38,229 bases of DNA from Candidatus Asgardarchaeum abyssi (GTDB lineage: Archaea > Asgardarchaeota > Asgardarchaeia > Asgardarchaeales > Asgardarchaeaceae): assembly GCA_040225955.1 (NCBI GenBank), contig JBECUL010000017.1:1-38229 (forward strand). Reading direction: 5' to 3'. The notes below the pieces were generated by a model, which was not told the origin of the DNA, did no database searches, and saw only the letters and a program-made list of their open reading frames with translations. Both the position numbers and the translations under genes were made by a program. This document shows, in pieces, positions 26,074-35,735 of the stretch. Each line of letters starts with the position of its first letter. The first letter of the stretch is position 1.

Positions 26074-26252
26074 CTTGAAAAAATTATGATTTAAAGTTTA
26101 TAAACCCTTATACTAATTATATATACTGTTAATCTCTCTTACTATACTACATTTTAGTAATAATCCACAATTGAAAAAATACAGCAAAATAAATTTTTTA
26201 AACAATAAAGCCATAATGGATTTTTAGCCAATAAAGCATGGTAGTGTAAATA

Positions 26253-27332
26253 ATGCCTATCGATGAAATGGAAATTCCCAGATATGTAGTTATGGGAGAA
26301 AATGCAACTTCTTATTTACCTAAAATAGTCAAAAAGCTAAATTTAAAAAAAGTGCTCATAATAACAGGAAAGAAAAATACTAAAAGGATAACAGAAAAAA
26401 AAGTCGTACCCCTTCTTACAGATGAAATCAATATTGAGGTTATTTCAATTGACTCTAAAATAGATTTTCATACTGTAAAGGAGATTTTTGAAAATTGCCA
26501 AGGAAAGAGATACGACGCAATACTAGCAGCGGGTGGCGGTGGCGTTATCGACTGTGGAAAAATTACCGCAAGTTGGTTAGATATACCTTTTATTAGTTAT
26601 CCGACAGCTGCTTCTCATGATGGGATTTCGTCCCCCTCAATTTCATTTCTCCTCAGAGAGGAAATAAAAAGATATGGAAAGTTCTCTAATATTGTAAAGT
26701 CTCCTATTGCAATAATAGCAGATACAGAAGTGATAAGCCAAGCCCCAAAAAGGCTATTAATTTCTGGTTTTGGAGACATGATAGCAAAATATACGGCCGT
26801 TAGAGATTGGAAATTAGCACATAAACTAAGAAATGAACCATTTAGTGAATATGCAGCATCAATGGCATTAATGAGTGCAAAAGTAGTTAGAAATAATATT
26901 CCTATAATACGACATGGCGGTGAAAAAGCTGCTCGTGTGATAACAAAAGCGTTAATAGGGAGCGGAGTCAGTATGGCAATAGCTGGTAGCAGCAGACCTG
27001 CTAGTGGAGCAGAACATATGTTTAGTCATGCATTAGATTTATTATCGGAGAAATACAATTTTAAAAGAGCTTTGCATGGTGAACAATGTGGTGTAGGATC
27101 TATAGTTACAGCATACCTTCATGGAATGAATTGGAGAAAAATTAAAAATGCTCTTAGAGCCGTTGGTGCACCAACAACATCAAAAGAATTAGGAATTGCA
27201 GATGAATATCTTATAGAGGCTCTTCATATAGCGCATACTATAAGGCCGGAGAGATATACTATTCTTGGTGATAAGGGTATTTCAAGGGAAGCTGCTGAAG
27301 AAGCTTTACGTGTAACAGGGATTATTAAATAA
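26253..27332 (+). CDS. egsA: sn-glycerol-1-phosphate dehydrogenase
   Basis: GGGGVID..K, PTAASHDGISSP, GDMIAK.TAV.DW, SSRPASGAEHMFSHALD, HGEQCG, IRPERYTILG. Confidence 0.96.
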   Translation: MPIDEMEIPRYVVMGENATSYLPKIVKKLNLKKVLIITGKKNTKRITEKKVVPLLTDEINIEVISIDSKIDFHTVKEIFENCQGKRYDAILAAGGGGVIDCGKITASWLDIPFISYPTAASHDGISSPSISFLLREEIKRYGKFSNIVKSPIAIIADTEVISQAPKRLLISGFGDMIAKYTAVRDWKLAHKLRNEPFSEYAASMALMSAKVVRNNIPIIRHGGEKAARVITKALIGSGVSMAIAGSSRPASGAEHMFSHALDLLSEKYNFKRALHGEQCGVGSIVTAYLHGMNWRKIKNALRAVGAPTTSKELGIADEYLIEALHIAHTIRPERYTILGDKGISREAAEEALRVTGIIK

Positions 27333-27356
27333 GTTTCTTAGGTTTTATCATAATAA

Positions 27357-30300
27357 TTAAAACTCAACAGCTCTAGTTTCAGGTTTTAGAATTTCTGCTT
27401 TTTCTCTATATAATATATTCACTATTTCATTATAGGTTTCTTGTAATATCTGTTGATAATCCGCCTCATTTGTTTCAACTTTATCCATTTTTTCATACAG
27501 TACTTTTGTACGTTCGTCAGAAACCAACTTATAGAAGTTATCTGTTAAATACTTTGCAACCGATATCCCCTTTGGTGTAGGTTTTATTCTTCCATTAACC
27601 TCTTGTATATATTTCCTGTCAAATAGCTTCTTCACAATTATAGCATATGTACTAGGTCTTCCGATGCCTTTTTCCTTCATCTCACGTATGATCTCAGCTT
27701 GAGTATATAATTCGTAGGGTGATCCTATCCATTTACGTATATTGGTTACAGGATATGCTGCCCCTTCTTTTAATTCGACAATTCGTTTAGGTAAATGTAA
27801 ACTATAAACTTTTGTAAACCCTTCAGACCCTTCTATTACTTTTATAATCCCTTCTACATCTAAACTTCTATCAGCAATTTTTACTCTTGCTCTTTGATGA
27901 ATTACTTTAGCTGCTTTCATTTGGCTAGCAATAAATCTTCTAAAAATGAGACCATAGAGTTGGAGATGCTGAGCAGTTAGTCTTATATTTAGTACACCTT
28001 CACGTATCAACTCAGCCAGCTGTGACTGATCCAAAGGCTTAACAGGCCTTATACACTCATGAGCCCCACCAACACCCCAAGACCTAGGGGTAAACTCATT
28101 TTCAGAAAACTTGTCTGTAATATAATCCTTAGCTACTTTTATACCTTGACTACTTACTCGGGTACTATCCGTACGATGATATGTTATAAGACCGCTTTCA
28201 AAGAGATCCTGAGCCAGCTTCATAGTTTGAGCTGCAGAGATTTTCATTATAGTTGTTGCATCATAAAGCATTGAATCTGTTGTATATGGCGGAAGTGGCT
28301 TTATTTCTCTTTCTTCTTTTTCGACTTTTTCTACAATTATTTTTTCGTTTTTAAGTTTTTCAAGAAGTATTTCAGCATCTCTATTTTCCTTTACATCTGG
28401 AAAATCAATAATTATGTCGAAACCCTCAGAGAATATTCTAAAGTAGAAATGAAGAGTTTCTCTCCATTTAAGATATCTATCAATTATCCATCTAAGCACT
28501 GCAGATTGAACTCGGCCAGCAGAGAGATTTACATCATTGAATCTTTTCCAAAGCATTTTACTTAACTCAAAGCCTATCCATCTATCTTCTATTCTTCTTA
28601 CAAGTTGAGCTTTTACTAAGCTCATGTCTATTGAGCGGGATTCCTTCAATCCACGATCTATTGCAAGCTTACTAACTTCATGAAATTCCATCCTACGAAT
28701 ATCATTCGTGAATAGAAATACAACATTCTTTGTATCCCAAGCGATCTTTTCGCCTTCAACATCAGGATCCGATGCCAGAAAAACTACATCAACTTCCTTA
28801 GTTAGTTCTTGTAATCGTCGCACAACATCTCTAGCGTCAATTATGTCTGTAGAACCACATTTTGGGCATTTCTTCTCTGAAAGAACAAACTGCGTTCCAC
28901 ATTTTTTGCATCTTTTAATTGTATCATAAACTGGTATATAATAGCCATCGTGCTTTTCAACTCCACAGAGAAGATCTTTACCTTCAACTGTTAGATCAAA
29001 CATATGCCCCTTTGTAGCAACAATGTTCAGAACATAATCACCGCTTGTTACTTCATAGACTAGACCTTCTTCAAACCGTCTAATAGTTGGGCGTCCAAAA
29101 AACATAGATATAGTTTTAGCCTTATTTGGTGATTCAACTATAAGGACAGCAGACTTTATAGGATCTACAAATTCGGCTTTTTCCTTTCCTTCGTATATAG
29201 ATCTTACTTTATATCTATCCTCATCTATTTTATGAATAATTTCATCTAAGTTTACTTCTTCTATTGGAACCAAATCACAATGCTCATAACGCCAAATTAA
29301 CTGCCTTCTTAGTCCATTGATGAGATATTTATCAGAAGTGAGTATGATAGATAACCCTGTAGTTACACCCCCTGGATAGAGCCGACTAGTTCTACCAGAA
29401 GCTTGAATATATGAGTCTATATCGGGATATATTATGGTGAAAGATCCTGTTTCATCTAATAGTAATCTGACATACGGATATTGCTCCACTTTTGAAAACA
29501 CGTCAGGTTGCTTTAATAAGGAGATGCAATATCTCGCATTTTTTAGAATCTCTTCTTTCAATCGCTTTAGATAACCCTCAACCTTTTCCTCATTTAATAT
29601 TGCACGTGTTAACAATTTGAAAGTCTGCGGTTCTAATCTTCTTAATTTATCAGAAAGAGCTTTTCTTCGCTTATCCAATTCAGCATTCCCAGTAGCATCA
29701 GAAATTATACCCATTATAGCAAGAAGAGATATAGGGGATATTCTTTCACTCGCTAAGGAAATAATATGCCTTGGGATATCATAGAATATGGCATATCTTA
29801 CTCTTGCAGGCAGATCCAAACCACGGACTAACAGACCATGGTGAAAAGCAACCCCTACGAGAATATCTATTTCGCCATTGGCAAAAGCTTCAATAAGTCC
29901 TTTTTTCTTCTCAGCATGAAAAGCTTCAGCTTTAATGCCATGAGAACGTAGCAATTCAGCAATCTGTTCAGTTTTCTCTACACCTAAGTCTTTAGGTACA
30001 AAAACTAATCCACCAGTTCCAAGTCTCTTAATATGCTCTAAAAGAAGCTCATCAAATTTTGAAGGATCGGATAATATATAGACATCATATATTTTACGAA
30101 TCCCCTCGCCAACACCACCTACTTGAAAACCTAGGAGCTCCTTGAATAGTCTAATTCTTTTACCTTTTGGTCTAGCAGTAGCAGACGCTATAACGATCTG
30201 CCCTATTTTATTCTTCTTTTTCCACCTACTAATTTCGTTTTCTAATTCTTCTATTTTGTTCTTGATACTATTTATTACACTCTCATCTTTAATGTTCTGT

Positions 30301-31166
30301 GATAATATTAATCGTGATAAGCGTAATTTGTTATCTATCAATTCAATAGTTTTAGTAACAATTTCTTCAGTAAAGCCAATAAGAACCAACAGTCTATCTA
30401 TATTCTTTGAAGACTTCATAACAGCGTCTACATCATCAACGAAAACTAAATCAAATTTTATATTTTTCAGAATTTCATAATTTTTTGCGAGAAATTGAGC
30501 AGTGGTAATTAATATATCAAAATCCTTATTCTTTATTAGATTTATAGTTTCATCTCTCTCCTTCTTTGGAAGCCCATGATGATATGAAATAATTCTTAGC
30601 TTACCAAGCTCTTTCTTATTCTTCTCAACTATATCAAGCATATTTTTAGTGACTTGAATAACAAGAGGAGTTGTAGGAAGAATTATGTATACTCGTTTCT
30701 TTTTCTTTTTTGCAAGATAAAGTGAGATAACGTATCCGAAAAAGGTTTTTCCCACACCTGTTGGAGCTGATATTGAAAAACTATAGCCTAAGAGAATTCT
30801 TTTCGCCCAGGTTCTCTGAGCGCTCCATAAGCGCTTCCCAGTAACTTCTTCAAAAAACTTACAGACTTCATCTGTCTTGAAAAATAGATTAATATAGTCA
30901 TCATACTTTTTTAGTTTTCCTTCCTTTCTCAACAGATTAATAATAAGTTTTTTACCCTCTATTGTTGGAGTATATCCTGGAGGGATTATTGGTAAGCAAT
31001 TTCTACAAGGCAAACCTAGAGATAATCTATCATCATATATATCTCCACCACAATTAGGGCACATTCCAACAAACTTAGCAATGGGCCGTTCCATGATTTT
31101 TCCCCTTTTTACTTTCACTTTTAAAATAATTTCTATTTTTAATAAAATTTGCCTATTTTTTGACAT
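27357..31166 (-). CDS. rgy: Reverse gyrase (probable start ATG 31094)
   Basis: N-terminal Zn finger CPNCGG...PCRNC, APTGVGKT, DDVD, QASGRTSRL, Toprim IVESPNKA, second Zn finger CKKC..CPKC, catalytic ITYHRTDS, GIGRPSTYA. Confidence 0.98.
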   Translation of the reverse strand: MSKNRQILLKIEIILKVKVKRGKIMERPIAKFVGMCPNCGGDIYDDRLSLGLPCRNCLPIIPPGYTPTIEGKKLIINLLRKEGKLKKYDDYINLFFKTDEVCKFFEEVTGKRLWSAQRTWAKRILLGYSFSISAPTGVGKTFFGYVISLYLAKKKKKRVYIILPTTPLVIQVTKNMLDIVEKNKKELGKLRIISYHHGLPKKERDETINLIKNKDFDILITTAQFLAKNYEILKNIKFDLVFVDDVDAVMKSSKNIDRLLVLIGFTEEIVTKTIELIDNKLRLSRLILSQNIKDESVINSIKNKIEELENEISRWKKKNKIGQIVIASATARPKGKRIRLFKELLGFQVGGVGEGIRKIYDVYILSDPSKFDELLLEHIKRLGTGGLVFVPKDLGVEKTEQIAELLRSHGIKAEAFHAEKKKGLIEAFANGEIDILVGVAFHHGLLVRGLDLPARVRYAIFYDIPRHIISLASERISPISLLAIMGIISDATGNAELDKRRKALSDKLRRLEPQTFKLLTRAILNEEKVEGYLKRLKEEILKNARYCISLLKQPDVFSKVEQYPYVRLLLDETGSFTIIYPDIDSYIQASGRTSRLYPGGVTTGLSIILTSDKYLINGLRRQLIWRYEHCDLVPIEEVNLDEIIHKIDEDRYKVRSIYEGKEKAEFVDPIKSAVLIVESPNKAKTISMFFGRPTIRRFEEGLVYEVTSGDYVLNIVATKGHMFDLTVEGKDLLCGVEKHDGYYIPVYDTIKRCKKCGTQFVLSEKKCPKCGSTDIIDARDVVRRLQELTKEVDVVFLASDPDVEGEKIAWDTKNVVFLFTNDIRRMEFHEVSKLAIDRGLKESRSIDMSLVKAQLVRRIEDRWIGFELSKMLWKRFNDVNLSAGRVQSAVLRWIIDRYLKWRETLHFYFRIFSEGFDIIIDFPDVKENRDAEILLEKLKNEKIIVEKVEKEEREIKPLPPYTTDSMLYDATTIMKISAAQTMKLAQDLFESGLITYHRTDSTRVSSQGIKVAKDYITDKFSENEFTPRSWGVGGAHECIRPVKPLDQSQLAELIREGVLNIRLTAQHLQLYGLIFRRFIASQMKAAKVIHQRARVKIADRSLDVEGIIKVIEGSEGFTKVYSLHLPKRIVELKEGAAYPVTNIRKWIGSPYELYTQAEIIREMKEKGIGRPSTYAIIVKKLFDRKYIQEVNGRIKPTPKGISVAKYLTDNFYKLVSDERTKVLYEKMDKVETNEADYQQILQETYNEIVNILYREKAEILKPETRAVEF

Positions 31167-31172
31167 AGGATT

Positions 31173-31460
31173 TTACAATCTCTTTTTAAATCTATGGTAT
31201 GCACGCTTCAAGATAATCTCTCCAGTAATCGAATTTCCAATCTCGACTATTCTATGATATGGAATTGTCTTCTTATTCAATACGAACCAAAATTGCTCGA
31301 GCGATATGTCTGATACTCTAGCTTTGAATATTTGTTCGTTAGTCCCTCTAAAAAGTATATAGAAATCTTCAGGAGACAATCTTCTATCGTATACAATTTG
31401 TTTTAATATTGACTTTATTGTTCGTTTTTTCTCTTTCTCGAAGATAGTCATGTATATCAC
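31173..31460 (-). CDS. UPF0248/MJ1316 (DUF504) RNA-repair-associated domain protein
   Basis: TIKSILKQIVYD..LSPEDFYILF...IPYHRIVEI...GEII..R matches the MJ1316 family pattern IPxHRI. Confidence 0.82.
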   Translation of the reverse strand: MIYMTIFEKEKKRTIKSILKQIVYDRRLSPEDFYILFRGTNEQIFKARVSDISLEQFWFVLNKKTIPYHRIVEIGNSITGEIILKRAYHRFKKRL

Positions 31461-31520
31461 TAAAAATAAAAATATGATTATTACTTTTTAATTTGTCTAA
31501 TAATAGCATGTGGTGAAAGC

Positions 31521-32087
31521 ATGAGTATAAGGACATTTATCTCGATTGATATAGAGGAGCCTCTTGTGGTAGGAAAAATAGTGAGCATTCAGGAGTCTCT
31601 GAAAGAGCTAGGGATAGATGCAAAATTTGTAGAGCCTCAGAATTTGCATTATACATTAAAATTTCTGGGTAACATAAACGAGGGACTAATAAATGAAATA
31701 AGTGATGTTCTCTCAGGGATTACAGCAAAGTCTTTTGAAGTTGAAATTGGAGGTATTGGAAGCTTTCCAAACTTAAGAAGAATCAATGTTATTTGGGTAG
31801 GAGCTAAAACAGGAGGCGAGCATTTAGTGTCTTTAGCTAAACAAGTCGATGATGCTCTTTCAAAATTAAGATTTCCTAGAGAAGCACGTCCATTTACACC
31901 ACATTTAACAATTTGCAGAGTGAAAAGCAGCCGCAATAAAGAAAAGATTGTCAAATTTTTATTGGACAATCAAGATATTAAGATAGGTAAAATAAAAGTA
32001 ACTGAATTTAGGTTAAAAAAGAGCACACTCACTCCAAAAGGGCCAATATATGAAACTTTAGCTAGCTTTAAACTTGAGGAGTCATAA
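31521..32087 (+). CDS. thpR: RNA 2',3'-cyclic phosphodiesterase (2H family, '2'-5' RNA ligase')
   Basis: RTFISID, NLHYTLKFLG and FTPHLTICRVK (two HxT motifs), STLTPKGPIY. Confidence 0.95.
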   Translation: MSIRTFISIDIEEPLVVGKIVSIQESLKELGIDAKFVEPQNLHYTLKFLGNINEGLINEISDVLSGITAKSFEVEIGGIGSFPNLRRINVIWVGAKTGGEHLVSLAKQVDDALSKLRFPREARPFTPHLTICRVKSSRNKEKIVKFLLDNQDIKIGKIKVTEFRLKKSTLTPKGPIYETLASFKLEES

Positions 32088-32089
32088 AT

Positions 32090-32797
32090 ATGAAATTTGC
32101 AATAATTGGGGATTTGCATTTACCTAAGTCTGACTATTATCCTGAAGGATATTTCACTATTATCAGAAGACATATTGAAGATGAAAAGCCAGATGTTTTT
32201 TTAATAACAGGAGATTTGGCTTGGGGGAAGGAGTATCGTGAGGCGGTTCGTTACTTGAAACCTATATTTGATTTAAAAGTAAACTATAAGATTGCTGTTC
32301 GTGGGAATCATGATAAATGGTTTTCTATCGAAGTAAAAAGATTTTTTAGAGATCCTAAAAAGCTATTACTGTTAGATGGCGATTCATTTATTTTAAAAAG
32401 CAATTTAAAGAGGATAGGCATAGCTGGGATCATGGGATGGTATGATTTTAGTTTTAGTGATGCAGATATAACACCATCACCAGCTGATATTATAATGACG
32501 AGAAATGAGGCAAAAAAGCTTAGAGCCGCATTAAGAGAAATTAATGACTGCGAAATAAAGATTGTTATAATGCACTTTAGCCCCATTAAGGAAACAGTTG
32601 AAGGAGATCCTCTTATTTCAAAGGCTGGAAGCTTCATGTTTTTTGAAATAGCTAAATTATATGATGTGAATTATATTTTTCACTCACATACACATAGCAT
32701 AGTAAAAAAAAGTCATGTAAAAAGAGAGAATATTAAAATTTATAATACATCTGCTGTTTCTTTGAATTTTAAACCTCTGATTTTAAATATTTCTTAA
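32090..32797 (+). CDS. Calcineurin-like metallophosphoesterase
   Basis: GDLH, TGDL, RGNHD, MHFSP, HSHTH. Confidence 0.9.
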   Translation: MKFAIIGDLHLPKSDYYPEGYFTIIRRHIEDEKPDVFLITGDLAWGKEYREAVRYLKPIFDLKVNYKIAVRGNHDKWFSIEVKRFFRDPKKLLLLDGDSFILKSNLKRIGIAGIMGWYDFSFSDADITPSPADIIMTRNEAKKLRAALREINDCEIKIVIMHFSPIKETVEGDPLISKAGSFMFFEIAKLYDVNYIFHSHTHSIVKKSHVKRENIKIYNTSAVSLNFKPLILNIS

Positions 32798-32799
32798 AG

Positions 32800-35607
32800 T
32801 TATGGAGGTGGACCAAACAAATATTGGGGATCATAATAAAAGTATGGTGGCGGTTTTTCTCTTCTTCGATGCATAAAGATTGCAACCCCTATTAGCATTA
32901 TCCCAATCGCTATTAAGATTATTAGAAGAGGAAGAGATAATAAGCTCTCGAGCCTAAGGTGTATAATTCTTGATGACTCATTGTAGTCGGTTATTACAAT
33001 AAATACATCATAACTGAATATGGAGTCTGGAATTGCTGAAGCGTAAGAGAAGCCGTTATCAGAAGTTAGTGTCTTATTATCCCAACTACCGTCAAAGTTA
33101 AGAATTGCGAGAGTAACTTGCTTGATACCTACTTTGCTAAATGTTTGAAAGTTTATGAGATATCCATTATTTGCTTGAGCAATTGCGAAATCATATATTA
33201 CTGGGCGGTTTGGTATAGAAAAGCTGGCAATATTTTTAAGCAATGCAAAATTGCTATCATTTCTTAAGAAAGAGGCATATACAATGTCATCCCAGAATAA
33301 ATTATCATCCCCTAATGCGATTACACGGCCTTTTCCACTATAAGCTACTGCGACTAGAACATCTTCATCATTAATATATACCAGTCCTTGTGCTTTATTC
33401 GGATCTTTAATTCCAAGAGCCGTACCTAAAACTACATATAATGATGAAACATTTTTTGTAAGCTGAGAGTCAACTACATATCCACCATAGCCAATACCAT
33501 AGGATTTCCCTTCAAGCGTATAATTGCCAACTCCAATTGATTTATTTTTAATCTCGATTCCAAAATAATTAAGCAGTTCATTTAATGATTCAAAAGCAAA
33601 CGCCGCTTCTCCACTGGTTTCATTATAAAATCCAGTCATCACTATTAATGTTCCACCCTCATTTACCCAGTCAATTATCTTATTTATCTCAAGCGATGTA
33701 AAAGATTGTTCTATATCATTGATAACTAATACATCCGTAAATTGAAGAACTTCATCATCAATAGGATTATTGTACACCTCAACGCTCATATCCAATCTTG
33801 AAAAAGCATCAATAAATATGGGCTCGGGAGAATCACTATCCATTTGCGATTGATGATAAAGATCCCAAACAACTCTGCCACCATATGGGTTTATGTGTAT
33901 TTTTATAATGCTATTAACATAAATTGTTCCATTAATGGCTATAGTAAAGTTCCCGATGAAAGTTCCTATAAGATCAGTAGTAACCTTTTTGTTAAATGTA
34001 CTATTAATAGCATAATAACCATTTCCAATGTATGAGATTTGAGAGTAATCATAAAGCTGTGATATGTTTCCAGTTAGGGTATATGTAATTGATGATACGT
34101 TTTCATAAATGCCAATTAATACATTTATTGGGCCGTATCCCACTTCAGGAAGTATATAACTAATTTCTAAATTTTCTGGAAATGTTTGAACGAATATAGA
34201 TGATGGTTTTGATAAATATTCAAAAGCCGCACTAGCATTTACCAGTCCAGCTCCTTCTTCAACCCAAGAAAATCCCAAGGATTTAGCTGTTTTTACCAAT
34301 GCGATTTTTATCTTGAGAGGAGAGGAGGAGGGATAAGCTTGAAGAAGAAGCGCTACAACACCACTAACAAATGGCGTAGCGGCGCTTGTTCCACTGAATA
34401 AAGTATAATATCTATCTTTATCAATTGGTTTGAGATACAGAGTCTCCTTAGCCCTTGTGGTTATTACGTTTACACCAGGAGCTGTGATATCTGGTTTTGC
34501 ATAATGAGTTAAAATTGTGGGGCCACGGCTACTCCAGCTAGCAAGGGTTATGTTGCCAAAGCTAGCTGCAACTGTGATAGATGCTGGAGCAATACCTGGA
34601 GAATTTACTGTTCCAAAGTATGGTCCATCGTTCCCAGCTGCTGCAACTACAACTATTCCAGAAGAAACAGCAAGAGATACAGCTTCTAATATAGGATCTG
34701 ATTTAGTTTCAGGTGCACCTAAAGACATAGATAAAACATTTACATTTCTTTTCATTGCAAAATCAATACCACTTAATAGATCAGAAATATTGCCATTTCC
34801 CTCAGAATCTACTACTTTAATTGCTAGGATTTTAGAATGAGGAGCCACACCTTTGTATGTTCCATTTGATGCAAAGCCTGTTCCACTAATAATGCCCGCA
34901 ACAGCAGTACCATGGCCGTTATCGTCATAAGCATCAATACCATCGGATAAATTTAAGTCGTCTCGCCCATTTATAAAATCTTTAAATCCAATTATCTTGT
35001 AGTCAGGAGTTGATTCATTATCGTCTAAATCATCCAGATCAGGATGTGACGAGTCAACACCAGTATCTAGAATTGCAATTGTAATATTGTCGCCCAAAAA
35101 ACCTTTTTCCCACAATTTTGGGACATCGATTGTTGAAACAGCATTCGCCCAAACAGAAAATTGTTTCGTATCGAAAGAAGGCCATGTTATGTGAAATGAT
35201 TTATCAAAATAAAGATTGTCAATGTATGGCAAATTAGATAGTTTTTCTAATTCATAGATAGTATTTACTTTAATTAAAATGAATGGCAGCCTGTCATATA
35301 TCCTGATTATTTTTATATTATTGGAAAAAAGTTCAAATAGCATATTAGCAACAAGGAATTTTGATATACCGTGTTTAATTTTTAGTATTAAATAACTGTT
35401 AGTTGAATTTGGATCTCTATATTTAAAGTGAACAAGATTATCATAATTATGTATTTTTTTTGGCGTGATAATATCTTTAAGGTTATCATCTTTAAAACTC
35501 TTAATTTGATATGGAGATACATATAATAATAAGGGTATTCCAATAAGCCAAAGAACTAGGGATATAGAAAGAAGCTTTTTAAAACGTGAATATATCATTA
35601 AGTTCAC
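32800..35607 (-). CDS. Membrane-anchored S8 subtilase with Site-1-protease-like C-terminal GIFT/GATase-like domain
   Basis: N-terminal hydrophobic signal; catalytic triad ILDTG, HGTAVAG, GTSAATP; AAGNDG oxyanion Asn; then RVVWDLYH...LNELL...GRVIALGDDNLF; C-terminal TM helix and tail HRRREKPPPYFYYDPQYLFGPPP. Confidence 0.88.
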   Translation of the reverse strand: MNLMIYSRFKKLLSISLVLWLIGIPLLLYVSPYQIKSFKDDNLKDIITPKKIHNYDNLVHFKYRDPNSTNSYLILKIKHGISKFLVANMLFELFSNNIKIIRIYDRLPFILIKVNTIYELEKLSNLPYIDNLYFDKSFHITWPSFDTKQFSVWANAVSTIDVPKLWEKGFLGDNITIAILDTGVDSSHPDLDDLDDNESTPDYKIIGFKDFINGRDDLNLSDGIDAYDDNGHGTAVAGIISGTGFASNGTYKGVAPHSKILAIKVVDSEGNGNISDLLSGIDFAMKRNVNVLSMSLGAPETKSDPILEAVSLAVSSGIVVVAAAGNDGPYFGTVNSPGIAPASITVAASFGNITLASWSSRGPTILTHYAKPDITAPGVNVITTRAKETLYLKPIDKDRYYTLFSGTSAATPFVSGVVALLLQAYPSSSPLKIKIALVKTAKSLGFSWVEEGAGLVNASAAFEYLSKPSSIFVQTFPENLEISYILPEVGYGPINVLIGIYENVSSITYTLTGNISQLYDYSQISYIGNGYYAINSTFNKKVTTDLIGTFIGNFTIAINGTIYVNSIIKIHINPYGGRVVWDLYHQSQMDSDSPEPIFIDAFSRLDMSVEVYNNPIDDEVLQFTDVLVINDIEQSFTSLEINKIIDWVNEGGTLIVMTGFYNETSGEAAFAFESLNELLNYFGIEIKNKSIGVGNYTLEGKSYGIGYGGYVVDSQLTKNVSSLYVVLGTALGIKDPNKAQGLVYINDEDVLVAVAYSGKGRVIALGDDNLFWDDIVYASFLRNDSNFALLKNIASFSIPNRPVIYDFAIAQANNGYLINFQTFSKVGIKQVTLAILNFDGSWDNKTLTSDNGFSYASAIPDSIFSYDVFIVITDYNESSRIIHLRLESLLSLPLLIILIAIGIMLIGVAIFMHRRREKPPPYFYYDPQYLFGPPP

Positions 35608-35735
35608 CCTATTCTAAACTTATTAAAGAAGCTCTAGAGCTTTTTGTTAATATATAATTATAATTTGAATCCAGATATAAATTAATTTTGATGAATAAAA
35701 AAAGATAAATTCTTAATTATATACTAAAGCTTATA

